A stretch of 64,000 nt of DNA from Orbicella franksi. Its lineage: Eukaryota. The first letter of the stretch is position 1. Every line of letters starts with the position of its first letter. The translations under genes were made by a program, and so were the position numbers. Below are positions 60,245 through 64,000 of this stretch, piece after piece. The notes below the pieces were generated by a model. That model made no database searches and was not told where the DNA came from. It worked only from the letters and a program-made list of their open reading frames with translations. The stretch covers positions 12,090,001-12,154,000 of the forward strand of contig OZ116712.1 of assembly GCA_964199315.1 (NCBI GenBank), read 5' to 3'.

Positions 60245-61037
60245 GTTCCCAGCAGCACATCCCCACCCAGAAATTCCCAAAGTAACCCCCCTCCCCCCGG
60301 CAGGACCACTTACATTTTGAAGCTCAGAGGGGCCCAGCACACTTTCTTTGGAAAAGATAGAAGTGCAAAGACTGGATACATTACAAGTATATTGACCTAG
60401 TTATCTTAAACTTCAAATGAACAAGGCACAATGGAAATCTATAATCACACAAAATTGAACATCTGTTCTGTATATCGCACATTGCTGAAGTGTGATTTGA
60501 AGTGTGAAAAAGTGTCATTTTAGTGTCATTTTAGTGTGATTTTTGTGTGACTCACACTTCATTTAAAATATCACACATGTGAATAACACTTATGTGTGAT
60601 CACTCTTGGAATCACACTTGTGATCATACAAGTCATGTGATCACACTTTTATTTTTGCATGTCGGGAATGTCAATCTTCTCTGCACAGTCCTGGTCAAAA
60701 AGGGATTGAAGAGAATGGCTTCATAAATAACACCATTTTTCCTTTGGGGCAGAGTGACAGTTCCTGAGCTGGCAAGAGTTAGCCCCACCTATCTTGCTCA
60801 AGTATCCAATCACAGAGAAGCATTTTACTCATCATGCTCCCTAACCTGACAGCTTACCACTTGTTCAGATATGTCAATGCCGTACACTTTACCATTGTCC
60901 TGTTCTACTTTCTTCAATGCACTAGTCAGTCCACCTCCAGAACCAAATCCCACTTCAAGAACATTATCGTCAGGCTGAATATCAAGGTTTTCTACAGCTT
61001 TTGACATTAGGACACCATTATACTTCTGAAGGTTTGC
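59228..61037 (-). CDS. Class I SAM-dependent methyltransferase (YdaC-like), 5' exon unresolved
   Basis: Exons 61037-60858 and 59614-59228 (phase 0, GT-AG). Motif I VLEVGFGSGGG, post-I VYGIDIS, then GSVMELPYSDNFFERVFHVNCYYFWPD...ELGRVMKTDG. Confidence 0.85.
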
Positions 61038-61509
61038 CTGGAAAAATACTGCTGCTTGTTAAAAAGAGTTTGGATCACGAGATACAACTATTACTAAAAT
61101 ATTTGTAATATACAGATCTAATATGCCAAAATTAAATGACTGAAATCAAGGTCACCAATTTTGCACAATGATGTGTCTTGTCTCCTGTTGGCCTCCTAAA
61201 AGAGTATATGCCCCCTTCCCCTGCCCTCAAATACAAAAACATATCACTCATTAAAAATAAAGTTACTCTATTCCCTCCTAATCTGGGAAATTCAGTGACA
61301 AGTACAAGAATATCACCTGCCCAATTTTGAGAAAGCTTCACACTACAAAAGCAATAAACCTGTGAAAGGTTTAGTGGTTTTTAACACTGAAATGCCATTG
61401 ACAAATTTGCAAAGAATTTGCTAGTAAGAGTAGCAATGGCCTTGGCAGGATCAGCCAGTTGCATTGTCTCGAAGCAATCTACAAGTATTGCTGATTCTTT
61501 CGCCCATTT

Positions 61510-62068
61510 GGGGGAGGGGGTGGGGAATCCCATATAAGAAGGATGGGGGTGCTCATCAGAAAGAAAAGAAACCCCAAGAAGTACCAAGATCCTATTTTGT
61601 GGGCGTGGCTTGAAATGTGTTTTTTCACCCCTAAGAGGCACCAGTTCTAAAGCAACACATAAACTGACACTGACTTTTTTCAGCTCAGTACCCAAAAAGG
61701 TACCATAAAAGCTCTTGCTGTGGACCTTTTGCAGCTAAAAACCCTAAGAGGTACTGAACCCCCTTTTTTAACCCCCAAAAGGTACGATAGGTATCCCCGT
61801 CCATAGACTGTTCACAGCCCCTCTATTATTTTTCAATGCACACGAAAGAAAAAGTGAGCGAGCAAACACAAAGCACATGGGGGTGGGGGTGGGGAGGCGA
61901 GTGAAGCAAGCTACTTGGTCCCCACCACCACCCTGTCAAGTCTCCAGGTATCTACACTGGCGTCCTGATTATATCCGCCTGTTCAACGGTTGAATAAAAA
62001 TGCGTGAAAATAGAGGGCTGTGAAGAGTCTACTCCGTCCATTCTACATGGAGGGACTCCCCCCACCGG
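61510..62068. mobile_element. G/C-ended MITE-like repeat interrupted by a nested insertion
   Basis: Left GGGGAATCCCATATAAGAAGGATGGGG is complementary to the right end CCCCGTCCA..TTCTACATGGAGGGACTCCCC once the 61804-62031 insert is removed. Confidence 0.55.
61804..62031. mobile_element. Nested 228-bp MITE with 9-bp TSD
   Basis: TIR TAGACTGTTCACAGCCCCTCTATT / AATAGAGGGCTGTGAAGAGTCTA; flanks CCCCGTCCA (61795-61803) and CTCCGTCCA (62032-62040). Confidence 0.75.
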
Positions 62069-62326
62069 GTCCTTCGGTGAAGTTTCACCCGTTTCTATAG
62101 ACCAGCAAATTGCTGCTCTAGTCCTCTAGCTCTGAAAGGGCACGGGCAAAACTCGGACTGGATCAACTATGATCACTGATTTAAGGTGGCTGAACACAGT
62201 TTTTGATACCTGTGTTTCATTCACCTTTTTCTCTAAGACCCTTGATCCCTCAGTCGTCAATAATGGCAGCAAGCTAGTTAACAACACAAACTTTGGTTTT
62301 TTGATGGTTAAGCTGACGTATGTGCG

Positions 62327-62340
62327 GTTGCCATGGCAAC
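62327..62340. promoter_or_regulatory. Perfect palindromic RFX X-box motif
   Basis: GTTGCCATGGCAAC, next to a CRE-like TGACGTA, ~1.3 kb upstream of the first confident methyltransferase exon. Confidence 0.35.
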
Positions 62341-62964
62341 ATTAATAAATATAAACAGGCCTTTAAAATTAGTTTTGTTTATTTGCAGAAAATCTAGTCA
62401 TTAGATGTTCTTTATAATTTGCATGCAACAAGCTTGTAACTATTCTCACAAGTTAACACCATTTTGCTAATAATTTAACAGAGAGATCTTTAATTATCTC
62501 TTGTTGAAGGTTTACTGGAATATCTAGAATTTCCTTTGTTAAAGTTCAATTATTTTCAATACTCCTGTTACTTATTTCCTAAAGTATTTTCGTGCCAAAT
62601 TTCGTGAAATTCTAATGAGTGATTCTCGAAAAATAGGCGTATTTCCGAGAGTGCAATTTTCAATCGCAATTTTTTGACTTACTACGCATGCGCTGGATTT
62701 AACTGGGTTCTTTCGGTAACAAAGAAAAAGCTGAGAATTGCTGGGTTCTTTGCATCGTTACCTTTTCTAACATATCTTTGTAATAAAAGACTAAAGCCAT
62801 CAATACGCTGCGTTCAATTATAGAGAGAAATAGCACAGATACTCCGGGTGTTGAGTAAATAAAATAATCGCTCTATTGACGGCACGTTTGTTTTTTGCAA
62901 TCCTTGTGCGCGCGCTGAATTGCATCAGCAAAAGCGCGCGCGAAATTGTGTTCGGCCACCTTAA

Positions 62965-63557
62965 GGACGTTCACGCTAATTGTTTCTGCGCACGCAAATT
63001 CACACGCCACGTTATGCATGAGAGCGCGCGCTAAGTAGTAAAATGAAAAATGATGAATGTCAACAATGATAGGGCAGATGGCCATTGCTATAGCTTTGCC
63101 TGAATTTAACGATCTTGGACGTTCGGTGTCCCCTACTTTTCTTTACAGAAACAGATTTTATTTACAATTATCTCCACATTGTCCAAAAATGAACAAAAAA
63201 TCAATGTGGGAAGTTAAAAAAAAAATTCAAGATTTCAGTTCACGAGACATCGAATCCTGCCATCTTGCGGCTGCAACGCGCATTAAACTATGGTTGCAAA
63301 ATGTGAACTTGTTAGGAACCTCACCAGTTGACTAAATTCACTTAATAGGTCCACTCAAACAATATTTGGCAGAGAACACTTCACTTCAAAGATCAAATTG
63401 CAATATTTTTGGGCTTACAGACACTCTCCAAAACGAAGTCGGTGATCCCCCATTTTTTTTTTTTTTTTTTACATTTCGGACATAACTAGCTCATCATCTT
63501 ACAGTGGTAAAAGTCTCAGAAAAAAATCAATGATGGAACATTTTCGCGTGAACGTCC
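62965..63557. mobile_element. Intact non-autonomous Kolobok-type MITE (593 bp)
   Basis: TTAA|GGACGTTCACGC ... GCGTGAACGTCC|TTAA: perfect 12-bp TIR, perfect TTAA TSD, RR..YY termini. Confidence 0.85.
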
Positions 63558-64000
63558 TTAAATAAGAAAGGCAACTACCCATGATCAAGAAAAAGGCACA
63601 ATTCTTTTTAAATGAGCGATCCCAGTTGATCCGCTCCGTGTAACTTTCGCACCTGCTCGATATGAAAGTCAGTTTTCGGCTGCTAAATAAGCTTGTTACT
63701 TTGTTTACATAAATCAAGAACTATTTATCGCTCACCAATATTACGCGCCCTGTAATCCCCTTGGGTTCTCGAATATAGCCAACGGCTGCCAGATGCTCTA
63801 ACTTGCGAGACCAAATAAAGTATGTATGTATGTAGTATGTATGTATTCTTAACTAACAAGTTCTTGAATAACTCAACAACCCTCGCTATCTTTGCTGCTC
63901 ACGGTTGCAAGACTATGGTATTCTTTAGAATGGGATTCCTGTTATTGGGGACACATGTCCCAAGGGCACAATAATGCTCTGTCACTTTTCAAAATTTTAT

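Overview
AT-rich, intron-containing animal genomic DNA, most likely a cnidarian (stony-coral-like; inferred from gene and repeat content, not proven). Host genes, read by manual splicing: a partial EF-hand protein gene (-, ~1.6-3.3 kb); a 2-exon ENPP4/5-family ectonucleotide pyrophosphatase (-, 21940-30001); a 14-exon SLC35F5-like transporter (-, 32979-46925); an intronless 1073-aa stonin (+, 48522-51743); and a class I SAM methyltransferase (-, 59228-61037, 5' end unresolved). The main find is a ~4.45 kb decayed Kolobok-type DNA transposon (24444-28889) in the ENPP intron. It carries a THAP-DDE transposase and, tail to tail with it, a spliced 3-exon Cys/His-rich accessory gene resembling the P2X7 cytoplasmic ballast domain; the ORF track misses that gene. 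The window also holds many MITEs with readable TIRs and TSDs (TTAA, TA, 5-, 6- and 9-bp), a tRNA-type SINE, LINE 3' fragments and a ~790-bp foldback palindrome. No rRNA, tRNA or CRISPR was found. Family calls rest on motif recognition by eye; no database searches were run.
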